Part shown: positions 52,934 through 64,000 of the stretch, piece by piece
Layout: the number at the start of each line of letters is the position of its first letter
Position numbering within the stretch: position 1 is the first letter of the stretch
NCBI RefSeq assembly: GCF_004010195.1
Contig: NC_057751.1
Location: 8,028,137 to 8,092,136, forward strand
Direction: 5' to 3'
Origin: Chiloscyllium plagiosum
Taxonomy: Eukaryota
DNA length: 64,000 bases
The notes under the pieces: model-generated
Databases searched by the model: none
The model's input: only the letters and a program-made list of their open reading frames with translations
Told to the model about the DNA's origin: nothing
Translations under genes and position numbers: made by a program

Positions 52934-53027
52934 CAAGGTCCTCTGCGAGAGATTTATTCTCCCAAAAACAGAGATGTTTACGATATAAATAGCACATTCA
53001 ACAATTATGCTGCATTTTGGAGTGTAT
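52934..53027 (-). CDS. Internal coding exon a of an unidentified multi-exon gene (x-YTPKCSIIVECAIYIVNISVFGRINLSQRTL), phase 2 to 0
   Basis: Acceptor ttttatgccacag|, donor TTG|gtaatt; only one of three frames is open; non-repeat sequence; phase matches exon b. Confidence 0.7.
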
Positions 53028-53339
53028 CTGTGGCATAAAATATGTGAGCTAGGCAAATAACAGGGAATCAGGATTAGAGTGCAAGGGAGGGTGGCATTTC
53101 GAGACCTTGTTCATGTTAATGACACCTGGAATAATTATGCAAAAGATGCAAATACTTAAGACTGTTCAAACACAGTGACTTGAGCTCAGGGATATTGTTA
53201 GTTCCTTAGAGATAGCAACTGGGTGCATGCTATTGTAGAACTGATAACAGCAAATGAAAAATAGCTCCTACAGAATGTTCCTTTCTCATTGATTGCATCT
53301 ACAGTTTGTTAACATTTGAAAACCAGAAAATGTGCTTTG

Positions 53340-53515
53340 AACAAACAGAAATTGCTGAAAAAGCTCTGCAGGCCCAACAGCATCTGTGAAGAGAAATCAG
53401 ATTAACTCTTGGCATCCGGTGACCCTCTCTCAGGAATATTAACTCCGATTTCTCTTCACAAATGCTGCTAAGCTTTTCCAGCAATTTCTGATTTGCAGCA
53501 TCCGCAGTTCTTGAG
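53340..53515. mobile_element. Palindromic short element of a related family (other copies near 7869, 41975-42170 and 60745-60835)
   Basis: Inverted arms cagaaattgctgaaaaagct / agcttttccagcaatttctg around a decayed ctgagagagggtcaccgga core. Confidence 0.6.
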
Positions 53516-53651
53516 AGTTTTTATGAATTTGTATTGAATCCTGTCCCTGGAAGAGAAAGGTGTTGTGTGAAGGGGTTGGGGTGTTGAGTTAACACTTTTT
53601 CTCCTTTAGTACCAACAAGCTAAACCAAAGGTGAAAAGTACTTTTTTTAAA

Positions 53652-53955
53652 ATTCCCTACAGTGTGAAAACAGGCCCTTCAGCCCAGTAAGTCCACACCG
53701 ACCCTCTGAAGAGTACCCCATCCAGTCCAATTTCCCTCTGACTAGTGCACCTAACACTATGGGCAATTTAGCATGACCAATTTACCTATCCTAACCTGGA
53801 CTGTGGGAGGACACCGGAGCACACGGACGAAACTCACGCAGACACGGGGAGAATGTGCAAACTCCACATAGACAGTCACCCAAGGCTGGAATCGAACCTG
53901 GGACCCTGGTGCTGTGAGGCAGCAGTGCTAACCACTGAGCCACCGTGCCACCCCC
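53652..53955 (-). mobile_element. HE1-type SINE
   Basis: Full length. Confidence 0.92.
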
Positions 53956-54409
53956 TACTTGATTTGGAGCTCACAAATTCAGAGAAGATATTTGTCATCA
54001 TGTGATAAAATGGCAGAACTATATTGTTAAAAAAAATCATTCATTGCCATAGTTAAAAAAAAAGGATCCACATTTAAGGATAAAGGCACATATGACTGAC
54101 GTGGCAACATGAAGCCGGTGTTTGCCGGACATTGAGTGATTTGTTATGCAAGCCATGTCAAAAAACTGGAACACAGCAGAATGACGACGGCATCGTCTTT
54201 GCTGACTGACAAATCAATTTTACAACATCTGTCAGAGATGGGTAGAATGAGAGTTTTCCATTCATTCGGTTATGTATAGGTACTGCCCTCCAAAACGATT
54301 CATGTCACGGTCACCCTGTTAGTTTATCAAATGGGGAAAGAAATTATCCAACATTTTTCCTTTCACTCCTTAAAAATGAAGAGCAAGTGACCAACGTGGT
54401 CAAGATCCC

Positions 54410-57400
54410 TCAGTGAGTGCAGGAAGTCTGGTATGAAGCAGAGTGCTAGGAGATGGACACGCAGAAGGACAGAGGAAACTGAGACCACAGGTCGATCTTG
54501 GGTGTGGACAAGTTTCTATCAGACCATCACCTGGAAAAGGTCCACCCTCCATTCTGCAGCAGCAGCAGGAGCAGTGAGACCAAGGAGTTGAGTGAAAGTG
54601 GTCGAATTGCGTAGTGGGAAGGCAAGTGAACTGATATATTTGGGCAGAGGCTAAACCCGAGACACAACACGTGTGCAGCATCTCCAACCTGCCCTCTTCC
54701 TCGAACCAAAAGAATAAGACTCTGTGTTAATAAGGTTTTTCTTTTTTATACTGTGCTGCTAAGTAATGTGATTGGTAATTTTTTAAAAAAAAATTCATTT
54801 CTCTATTATTTGATACTATAATTGGACAAAGTTTAGCTTAAGAGGAAAAATGGCAGGAAATCCCAGACCCGTGTTATGCTCCTTTTCCAACGTGGGAGCT
54901 CAGGGACATGGCTGATGTCCCTAACTCTTTCACGTGCAGGAAGTGTCTCCAGCTGCAGCTCTTGTTAAACCACATGATGGCTCAGGAGCTGAGGATGGAC
55001 TCACTTTGGAGCATACGTGATGCTGAGAGGGTCGTGGATAGCACTTTTAACAAACTGGTCGCACCACAGATTAGGATAGCTGAGGGAGAAGGGCAATGGG
55101 TGACCAAAAGGCAGAGAAAGAACAGAAAGGCGGTGTAGGTGTCCCCTGCGTTCATCTCCCTCCAAAGCAGGTATACCATTCTGGATACTGTTGGGGAAGA
55201 TGGCTCAGCAGGGGAAGGCTGCAGTAGCCTGGTTCATGGCACCGTGGCTGTCTGTGCTGTACAGAAGGACGGGAAAGCGAGTGGAAGGGCTATGGTCAGT
55301 GGAGATTCAATTGTATGGGGAGTAGTTATGCAGTTTTGTGGTCGAAACCAAGACTCCCAAATGGAAAGCTGCCTCTCAGGTGGATGGGTCAGGGACGTCT
55401 CAGAGTGGCTGCAGGACATTCTGAAGGGGGAGGGTGAACAGCCAGTTGTTGTGGTGCATGTCGGCACCAATGATAAAGGTAATAAATGGAATGAGGTACT
55501 ACAAGCAGAATTGAGGGAATTCGGAGCCAAGTTAAAAAGTAGGACCTCAGAGGTAGTAATCTCAGGATTGCTACCAGTGCCACGCGTTAGTCAGAGTAGA
55601 AATGAAAGAATAGGCAGGATGAATGTGTGGTTTGAGAGACGGTGCAGGAGGGAGGGGTTCAGATGTTTGGGACATTGGGACCAGTTCTGGGGGAGGTGGG
55701 ACTAATACAAATTGGATGGTCTACAGCTGCGCCGAACTGGAACCAATGTCCTTGGGGGTGCTTTTGCTAATGCTACTGGGGAGGGTTTAAACTCATGTGG
55801 CTGGGGATTGGGAACCAAATGAGGTTGGTGGACAATGAGGAGGTAGTAACAGAAGCCTGTAAGGAACTAAATGATGAAGTCAGCGTGACTAAGGGGAAGA
55901 GTAAGCAGGGAGCAGATGATAAATGCAAAGGAACAAGTGGTCTGAGGTACATTTGTTTTAATGCAAGAAGTGTACTAGGTAAGGCAGATGAACTGAGGGC
56001 TTGGATTACTACCTGGGAGCATAATGTTATTGCTGTTACTGAGACTTGGTTGAGCGAAGGGCAAGATTGGCAACTAAATATCCTAGGATATAGATGCTTC
56101 AGGCAGGAGGGAGAGGGAGGTAAAAGGGGTGGAGAAGTTACATTACTGGTCAGAGAGAATATCACAGCTTTGCTGAAGGAGGGCACTAAGGACACTCGAG
56201 CAGTGAGGCAATAGGGTAGAGTTCAGAAATAGGAAGGGTGCGGTAACAATATGGGGGACTGTACCACACGCCTCCCAACAGTGAGTGTGAGATAGAGGTA
56301 CAAATATGTAAATAGATCACGGAAAGATATAGGAGCAACAGAGTGGTGGTCAGAGATGTTAATTTTCCCAACACTGACTGGGTTTTACTTCGTGTTCAAG
56401 GTCTATATAGAGCAGAATTGGTAAGGAACATCCAGGAGAGTTTTATAGTGTAGTATATAAATCGTCCAAGTCAGGAAGAGGCCATACTGAACCTAGTTTT
56501 TTGGAAATGAGCCTGGCCAGGTGGTTAAAGGTTCAGTGGAGGATTACTTTGGGAATAGTGATCACAATTCTGTAAGTTTTAGAATATTCATTGACAAAGA
56601 CAAGAGTGTTCCTAAAGGAAGAGTGCTTAATTGAGGGAAGGCCAATGATAGCAAAATTTGGCAGGAGCTGGCGAATGTGGATTGGGAGCAGCTGTTTGAA
56701 GGTAAATCCACATTCAATATGAGTGAGGCTTTTAAAGAGAGGTTGATTAGAGTTCAGGATGTGAAAATGAGAATAGAAATGGCAAAATTAGGGAATCACG
56801 GATGACAGGTGAAATTGTGAGATTAGCTAAGAGGAAAAAGGAAGCATACGTAAGGTTTAGGCGACTGAAAATAGACAAAGCTTTGAAAGAATATCAGGAA
56901 AGGAGGACCAATCTGAAATGAGGAATGAAGAAGGCTAAAAGGGGTCATGAAATATCTTTGGCAAACAGGGTTAAGGAAAACCCCAAAGCCTTTTATTCAT
57001 ATATAAGGAGCAAGAGGGCAACTAGGGAAAGGGTTGGCCCATTCAAGGACAAAGGAGGAAGATTGTGCGCGGAATCAGAAAAAATGGGTGAGATTCTAAA
57101 TGAATACTTTGCATCGGTATTCACTGAGGAGAGAGACATGACGGATGTTGAGATTATGGATAGAAGTTTGATTACTCTAGGCCAAGTCAACATAAGGAGG
57201 GAGGAAGTTTTGGGTATTCTAAAAAAGCAATAAGATAGACAAGTCCCCAGGTCCGGATGGGATCTACCCCAGGTTACTGAGGGAAGCGAGCGAGGAAATA
57301 GCTGGAGCCTTGATAGATATCTTTGCAGCATCCTTGATCACAGTGAAGTCCTGGAAGACTGGAGAATTGCTAATGTTGTCGCCTTGCTTAAGGAGGATAG

Positions 57401-58075
57401 CAGGGATAATCCAGGTAATTATAGACTGGTGAGCCTGACGTCAGTGGTAGGGAAGTTGCTGGAGAAGATACTGAGGAATAGGATCTATTTACATTTGGAA
57501 GAAAATGGGCTTATTAGTGATAGGCAGCATTGTTTTGTGCAGGGAAGGTCATGTCTTACCAACTTAATAGAATTCTTTGATGAAGTGACAAAGTTGATTG
57601 ATGAGGGAAGGGTTATGGATGTCATATACATGGACTTGAGTAAAGCATTTAATAAGGTTTCCCATGGTATGCAGATCACGTGAAGTTGCATGGGGTCCTG
57701 GGAGTACTAGCTAAGTGGATAGAGAACTGGCTGGGCAACAGGAGACAGAGTAGTAATGGAAGAAAGTTTGTCAAAATGGAGAACTGCAACCAGTGGTGTT
57801 TCACAGGGATCCATGCTCACACCACTGTTATTTGTGATATACATAAATGATCTGGAGGAAGGTACAGTTGGTCTGATTAGCAAGTTTGCAGATGACATTA
57901 AGATTGGTAGCAGGTAGTGAAGGGGATTATCAGAGAATGCAGCAGAATATAGATAGATTGGAGAGTTGGGTGGAGAAATGGCATGTGGAGTTCAATCCGG
58001 GCAAATGCAAGGTGATGCATTTCAGAAGATCCAATTCTAGAGTGAACTATATGGTAAATGGAAAAGCCCATGAAA
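54410..58075 (+). mobile_element. CR1-clade (HER1-like) LINE: 5'UTR, ORF1 (Cys motif plus SGNH esterase), ORF2 APE endonuclease and RT; decayed, 3' end missing
   Basis: ORF1 from ATG at 54850 with CRKC, GDSIV and VVVHVGTND motifs; endonuclease motifs CFNARS and IAVTETWL; RT motifs NYRLVSLTSVVGKLLE, YMDLSKAFNKV and FADD; many stops and frameshifts. Confidence 0.95.
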
Positions 58076-58549
58076 TTTCTTGAAATTTTTTTAGAGCACG
58101 TTACTTGTCACATATTTAAAGGAGAAACAATACACGTGGTCTGTTTGGATTTTCAAAAGGCTTTCGATAAAGCATCACACAGGAGGTTCATATTTAAAAT
58201 CACAGCACACTGGATTGGCAACCATTGAGAATCAGAGAAACTGAGGACTGCAGATGCTGGAGATCAGAGTCATAAAGTGAGGTGCTGGAAAAGCACAGCA
58301 GGTCAGGCAGCATCCAAGGAACAAGGAAAATTGATGTCTGTGGCATTAGCCCTTCATCAGGAATGTTGAGAATTAGCAAAGAGTAAACATTGAGAATTAC
58401 CTAACTTTTAGATTGTAATTCACGAATAGGAATAAAATGCTCATTATCAGGATGGCAAGATATTTACTTGTGGACAGGATAAGTAATAATATTTCCCAAT
58501 TTCTAATAACACTAAACTGTCAGGGAACTCAGAGTCATACGGTAACTCA

Positions 58550-58870
58550 CAGGTCAGCAGTGCTGCTTCATAGTGTCAGGGACCCGAGTTCGATTCCAGC
58601 CTCGGATGACTGTCTGTGTGCAGTTTGCATGTTCTCTCTGTGTCTACATGGCTTTGCTCCAGGTGTTCTGATTTCCTACCACAGTCCAAAGATGTGCAGG
58701 CTCGATTGATTAGCCATCATAAATTGACTATAATGTTCAGGCATATGCCAGGCCAGGTGGATTAGCCATGGTAAATGCATGGTCAAGGGGAAAGGGATGG
58801 TTTGGGTGGGACGCTCTTCAGAAAGTCAGTGTGGACTAAATGGGCCAAATGACCTGTTTCCAGGATTCAA
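58550..58870 (+). mobile_element. HE1-type SINE
   Basis: Similarity to the other copies. Confidence 0.85.
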
Positions 58871-59199
58871 TGAACTCAAGTTATGCTGAGGGTTAAAGAG
58901 CCTTCATGAAGAACCTCAAAAAGTGAAGGGGCTCAAACATGGCAGACAGGTATGAAGTGATACATGGTGGTAGAAAGTAAACAGGAAAGCAAATTATAAT
59001 GGTGGAAGTCTGGGGAGTGCCAATATACCAAAAGATCTGGTGTCCTTGTCTGTCAGTCACTAAAAGCTAAAGCAATTGCAAAAACAAAAGCCACATTGAC
59101 CTTCAATCAAGGGCATCTGAGTGGATAAGTAGAGAGGTCATGCTGGAATTCGTCTCCTTCATAACACCTCGCTTCAATCATTATGTATAGTTTTCTTAT

Positions 59200-60006
59200 T
59201 GGTTATCAAAATGTATTGGTACTGTACCTTGAGGAGAGCTGAAGGACTAAGCAAGCACACAGGGTACTGGGAAATTTAAAATGTAACTTTTGGTCAAACA
59301 GCTCGCAGTTTTTGAATACAAAAGCAAATTTGAATTCGGCCAAATTATGCCCCAAGATATCAAACTCCAATCACGTTTTAGTTTTGGTATTTTGACAATA
59401 TTAAAACCAATGAAACGATCTGATGTTTTGGGGTACAAATATCCAACATTTTGAACAGTTACCCAAAGTGGCAAAGTGAAGTGCCAGAAGACCAACAGGT
59501 GTAGGCTGCTTGTAAGGATTCTCTGAGAGGTACCTGTCTGGAGAAGGGGTTTGCACAGGAAAAATAACATCAACACTGACTTGAAGAGGAAATCTACACA
59601 GGAAGATACAAAAAGAAGATTCGACAGCTGGCTGGTTTTGAAATTTGAATTTTTTGCAAATCGTAATTGGGTGTTTTATCGGACCAGTATTGTAGAGGGA
59701 AAAGTAAAACATAGGCTTAGAGAAAGGAGTTGTAAATAGTTAAAAATCACACAACACCAGGTTATAGTCCAACAGGTTGTGTGATTTTTAACTTTGTACA
59801 CCCCAGTCCAACACTGGCATCTCCAAATTGTAAATAGTTGTTAGTTAATATTCTAATTTCAAACAAAGTTACTAATTTTTAGTTTAATTGGAGACTTTTG
59901 GAATAATTGGTTGCCTCTTGAATTTTAAACAGATTATCCCACGGGGTAGATCTTTTCTGTGTTACTGGTTTAACGGTGGGGGCTGTTGGTTAGCCCATGT
60001 CTTTAC
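59200..60006 (+). mobile_element. Diverged solo LTR related to 61939-62483, with a Penelope-related insert (59742-59827, 12-bp TSD ttgtaaatagtt)
   Basis: Shared blocks ttgacaatattaaaa.ccaatga, gaagattcgacagct.gctg and atcttttctgtgttac. Confidence 0.7.
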
Positions 60007-61104
60007 ATATTCTAATCTTGGGAATGGCATCCTTGCAAAAGAGGGAGTGCAAATTGGGTTCAGCAGATTCAAATCCTGTGTCAAAACTGAAAATGTGTTG
60101 CTAGAAAAGCGCAGCAGGTCAGGCAGCATCCAAGGAGCAGGCATGAGCCCTTCTTCAGGAATGAATCTCCCTCTCTCAAATCCTGGGTCAGCAAGATTGT
60201 CATATGAGGCAAGAGTGAGGAAATTGGGTCTGTGTTCACGCAAGTTTAAAACAATAAGTGGTGAATGCATCGAGACTGAGCACGTTCTAAGGTGGCATAA
60301 CAGACTAGTTCCAAATTGGATGTTGCTGACTCCCGATGCAGGGGAAAAACCTCAGGATAAGGGAGAGGCCATATTAGAGTGAGACGAGGCATTTCCCCAC
60401 CCAGAGGATACTGGATCTTTCTCAGCTTGTTTCCCAAACAGCTGTGGAAACTCAATCATTGAGCACGTTCAAAACAGAAATTGATCTGTTTCTACAAACC
60501 AGTCAAGGACATGGAGACACTGCGGGGAAAAATGGCAGAGGGGATTATCGGCCATGATCAAAACTGGCACAGGAAACTCCATGAACCAAATGGCCTCCCC
60601 CTATCCCCATCCAGCTTTAATCCTGAGCGTACTAAGACTCACTTAAGGAGAAGTTGAGTCATTACGATGACAAACACGGAATCAGCTTTGAACTGTCAAC
60701 AGACCAAGGGAAGAACCAACTCTGTCTGCCCATTCACAAACAAAGACAATTTGCAGGAAAAGCTCAGCAGGTCTGGCAACACAAGTAGAGAAATCAGAGT
60801 CAGCGTTTTGGGTCAGGTGACCCTTCCTCAGAACCTCTGTCTGCCCAATAACAAACTGAAAATCGAGTATTTAAATCCTGGATCACAGTGGACAATTTAC
60901 CCAAATCTCCAAATTAGCCATGACACTTTGACCAGTGCTTCATGAAAAACATTGCATGTGTTAAACTGTGAAATCTCTGCAACTTTCAAGCTGTTCATGG
61001 AACTCAGACACTGCAACGGCACGAGGTGTTAAAGGTATCTGTCCTTTTCAGCTCTGGAGAGTCTACTGCTGCTCTTTGGAGAGGCTGATTCTTGAGTTGG
61101 GTGA

Positions 61105-61112
<8 letters not shown>

Positions 61113-61143
<31 letters not shown>
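61113..61143 (+). repeat. (AC)n microsatellite
   Basis: Seen directly. Confidence 0.95.
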
Positions 61144-61145
<2 letters not shown>

Positions 61146-61322
61146 GATATTTATCCAGCATTATTCCCAGCCTTGGTCACTTACTCACTGAAACATCCAT
61201 CACCCATGTTCTTACAGCCTGTCAGTCATTAACTGCAACACCTGCCAAGCGCACTCTCCGTTGCTATCAGTCAGTCATGCCCCAGTCCCAGTCCCAGTCC
61301 ATCAAGCAAACGACAGCCTTAC

Positions 61323-61402
61323 TATCATCAATCTTGGTCATTTGGAGACATGCCCTGATGTTCCTAATCTAGTTCTTAAGTCAGTCTTCCCTTTATAACT
61401 GC
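61323..61402 (-). other. Possible upstream exon (5'UTR plus ATG at 61341, MTKIDD)
   Basis: AG and ATA|gtaagg boundaries in unique sequence; its phase-1 end does not join exon a directly. Confidence 0.2.
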
Positions 61403-61938
61403 CTGGATTTAACACAGCAAACCAGCAATATCTATCAGTTTCAATTTAAGGTGCAACTCTTAAGTAATTCAACAGGCTTGAGTTGCAGAAAGAACTTCAT
61501 GCAAGGAATGAAGAGCACTTAAGAGAAGTTAAGGTGCAAACAGTTTAGTCAAAGAAAACAGAGTTGTGAAACACTCTGTAATATTCTTGGTTTAATATTT
61601 CTGTTGAGCCAAGGACAGTTAGAAGCTTATTTCAGAAACAACTCACTGTGTCCTCCCCTTGTCCTAGAGTGAGAAAAGAGCAAGGTCATGTGAAATAACA
61701 TCACTTCCTGTCATGATGTGTATGCTGTCTCATCAACATATCACACAATCAGATTAACCCCTTCCAACCACATGTGGTTGGGGGGGGGAGGGAGTGGGAG
61801 GACTAATGGCTTCAAAGGTAAAGTTGTCTGGAAAAGGACTGAAATACAATGAGAAGGTAGTTAAGAAACAAAAAAATGGATAGGCTTATTGGGCCAATGG
61901 TCTGTTCCTCTTTGGAATATCTGAATATATATTAGGTT

Positions 61939-62483
61939 TGTTACAACACAAGATCAATCCCCTGCTAATTTAAACCTGTAACACAGAAAAGATTTACCTC
62001 CCCCCTATTAAGATTGATCAAAAATGCAAATTTCAACAACAGCTAGCTGTCGAATCTTCTCTTTATATCTTCCTCTGTCTTCTTTTCTTCTTCTTAGGGT
62101 TTTCTGTTTCATTGCTTACTGATCAATAAAGGTACCATTAAGAGGGCTATATCTCGGGCAGTCTGTACATGCTGGTGGCTTGGCAGTTCTCCCTCAAATG
62201 TTCAATTTTTCCAGGTCTTATACCCCAAAGCATCGGATTGTGTCATTGGCTTTTAATATTGTCAATAAATTAAATTCAAACTTGATTGGAGTCTGGCATT
62301 TTTGGGGTATAATTTAAACTGATTGGCCTATTTTGAAGTTTTTTTTGGTCTCCAGGCAACCAACTACACAAGCTGCTGGACCACATGTTACATTGTGGCT
62401 TGTTGAGAACACTTGGTGCTTTCAGGTTGTTCTGCTAGCTTTTAACTTTCTTAAAGATGCAGTACAGCCACATCTTCATAACA
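61939..62483 (-). mobile_element. Solo LTR, Gypsy-like, with a 4-bp TSD
   Basis: TGT...ACA termini (tgttac / ataaca); ggtt at 61935-61938 and 62484-62487; CCAAT then TATAAG on the minus strand. Confidence 0.8.
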
Positions 62484-62504
62484 GGTTTAATACGCATTTT
62501 TAAG

Positions 62505-63350
62505 TGTCAGCTCAGTTGCTTCTGAATAACAAGGTTCTGGATGCACTGCCACTCCAAGGATTGAGCACAAAAATTGCGACCAGCTGTCATACTGAGGGAG
62601 CGCTGCATTGTCAGGAGTGTGGTCTTTTCACTGTTACATGAAACCGAGGCAGCATCTGTCTGCTAGGGTGGACCAAACAAATCCCAGTGTACTATATTAA
62701 AGAACAGTGAACCGTGCAGCAGATAAAAAGGCTCTCTGGCCCACCATCCCTGTGTGCTGACCGTGAAGCCATTGTAAATGAACACTGCCTGGCTGCACAT
62801 GAACTGTTACTGTCTCTTCCTTGCCTGTCCACGTGTCGGTCGAAGTAGCTTTTAAACATGGCTATTGTCTCTGCTTCTGACACCTTTACCTGGCAGAACT
62901 TTGCAGCCACTTCCCATCCTCTGTGTAAAAAAAAACCTTCCTCGCACATCTCCTTTGAATTTTCCCCCTGTTGCTTTAAATCTATGCCCCCTTAGTATTT
63001 GACATTTCCACTCTGGGGGAAAAAGACTTTATCCGTGCCTCTCATAATTCTATATACTTCTAACAGATCGCACCTCAGACTCCAACACTCCAGTGAAAGC
63101 AACCCAAGTTTGCCCAAAGTCTCTGAAGCACAGCAGGTGAGTTGTCTCCAGGATCTCTGCCAATCTCTGTCAACATCACAAAAAATCAAACAATCTGTCC
63201 TGGATCATACTGCTGTTTGAAGCATTGTGCAAAAGAAAAACGCTTCACTTACGACATTACCAGAGTGACCACATTTCAAAAAGTACTTCTTTGGGCACTT
63301 CGACACAGCATGACAAAACGTTATACAAATGGAAGCAATTCTTTATAAAT
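62505..63350 (+). mobile_element. Old Deu-domain (SacSINE1-like) SINE split by CR1; related pieces at 9570-10625 (+), 25925-26140 (-) and 33240-33560 (-)
   Basis: tactgagggagcgctgcattgtcagg...aaaccgagg...ggtgga motifs, matched by eye from memory of Deu-type SINEs. Confidence 0.55.
62695..63120 (-). mobile_element. CR1 3' fragment splitting a Deu-domain-like SINE
   Basis: LGLLSLECWSLRCDLLEVYRIMRG. Confidence 0.85.
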
Positions 63351-63764
63351 AGAGAAACGATTTGAGTCTTTACTTCAGTTCATTGACTGCACTGTTCAAT
63401 CCAAGATTTCAGCCCGCTTGCGCTTACATTGCCCTTTCCAAAAAAAATTAAGGTTCAGAATGAGGTTAGAAGCAATTCATAAAACTGACGTCAGTGGGAA
63501 TTTCAAAGAGGATCACATTTGACTCATTCTTGGTTCAACCAATTTACCTTTGCTAAACCAACAAATAGGGAGCTGCAGTTGAATGCTTCAGTCCCTGGAT
63601 CAGAGAGAAGGAAGTCAACAATGTAGATTGTTCCCCACTTCACAATGAGCGAGGACAGACCAGTATCACATCGAGAAGGCTCCGAGGTTAAAATGTAAAG
63701 TGCATTGTTTTACTATGACGTTATGTACGATTATAGAACCACCATGGAATCACAGAATAGTTAC

Positions 63765-63877
63765 ATATGCTAAATTACCCCTAGTGTAAATGTAGGGGTA
63801 TGGGTGGGTTGCGCTTCGGCGGGTCAGTGTGGACTTGTTGGGCCGAAGGGCCTGTTTCCACACTGTAATGTAATCTA
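63765..63877 (+). mobile_element. HE1-type SINE 3' fragment
   Basis: Nearly identical to 12590-12725. Confidence 0.9.
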
Positions 63878-64000
63878 AAAAATAACCGTTCCACCCATCC
63901 CCTTGAGCAAGTTCTTGGGAGGAGCAGTTCACCCATGCCACTGTGCTGCCTTCTCCACCCTACCCCAGTCCCGCACATTCTTCATTTTCAGCTTACAGCC

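Overview
Eukaryotic, repeat-dense genomic DNA that I infer comes from an elasmobranch (shark or ray), because it carries many HE1-type tRNA-derived SINEs and CR1/HER1-type LINE fragments. Most ORFs in the supplied track are by-products of repeats. The main hidden feature is a protein-coding gene on the minus strand. Eleven short exons between 53027 and 30659 have GT-AG boundaries and splice in compatible phases into 271 uninterrupted codons. I cannot assign this protein to any family. Its 5' end is unresolved, and there are several competing candidate 3' exons between 29.3 kb and 4.1 kb. The introns contain CR1, Rex1/Babar-like and L2-like LINE pieces, three or four SINE families, Gypsy-like solo LTRs, TcMar-like MITEs, a Penelope (GIY-YIG) fragment, and more than 15 short Penelope-related elements. 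Many of the latter retain minimal hammerhead-ribozyme cores and are often arranged as palindromes with long target-site duplications. All calls were made by eye; repeat boundaries are approximate.
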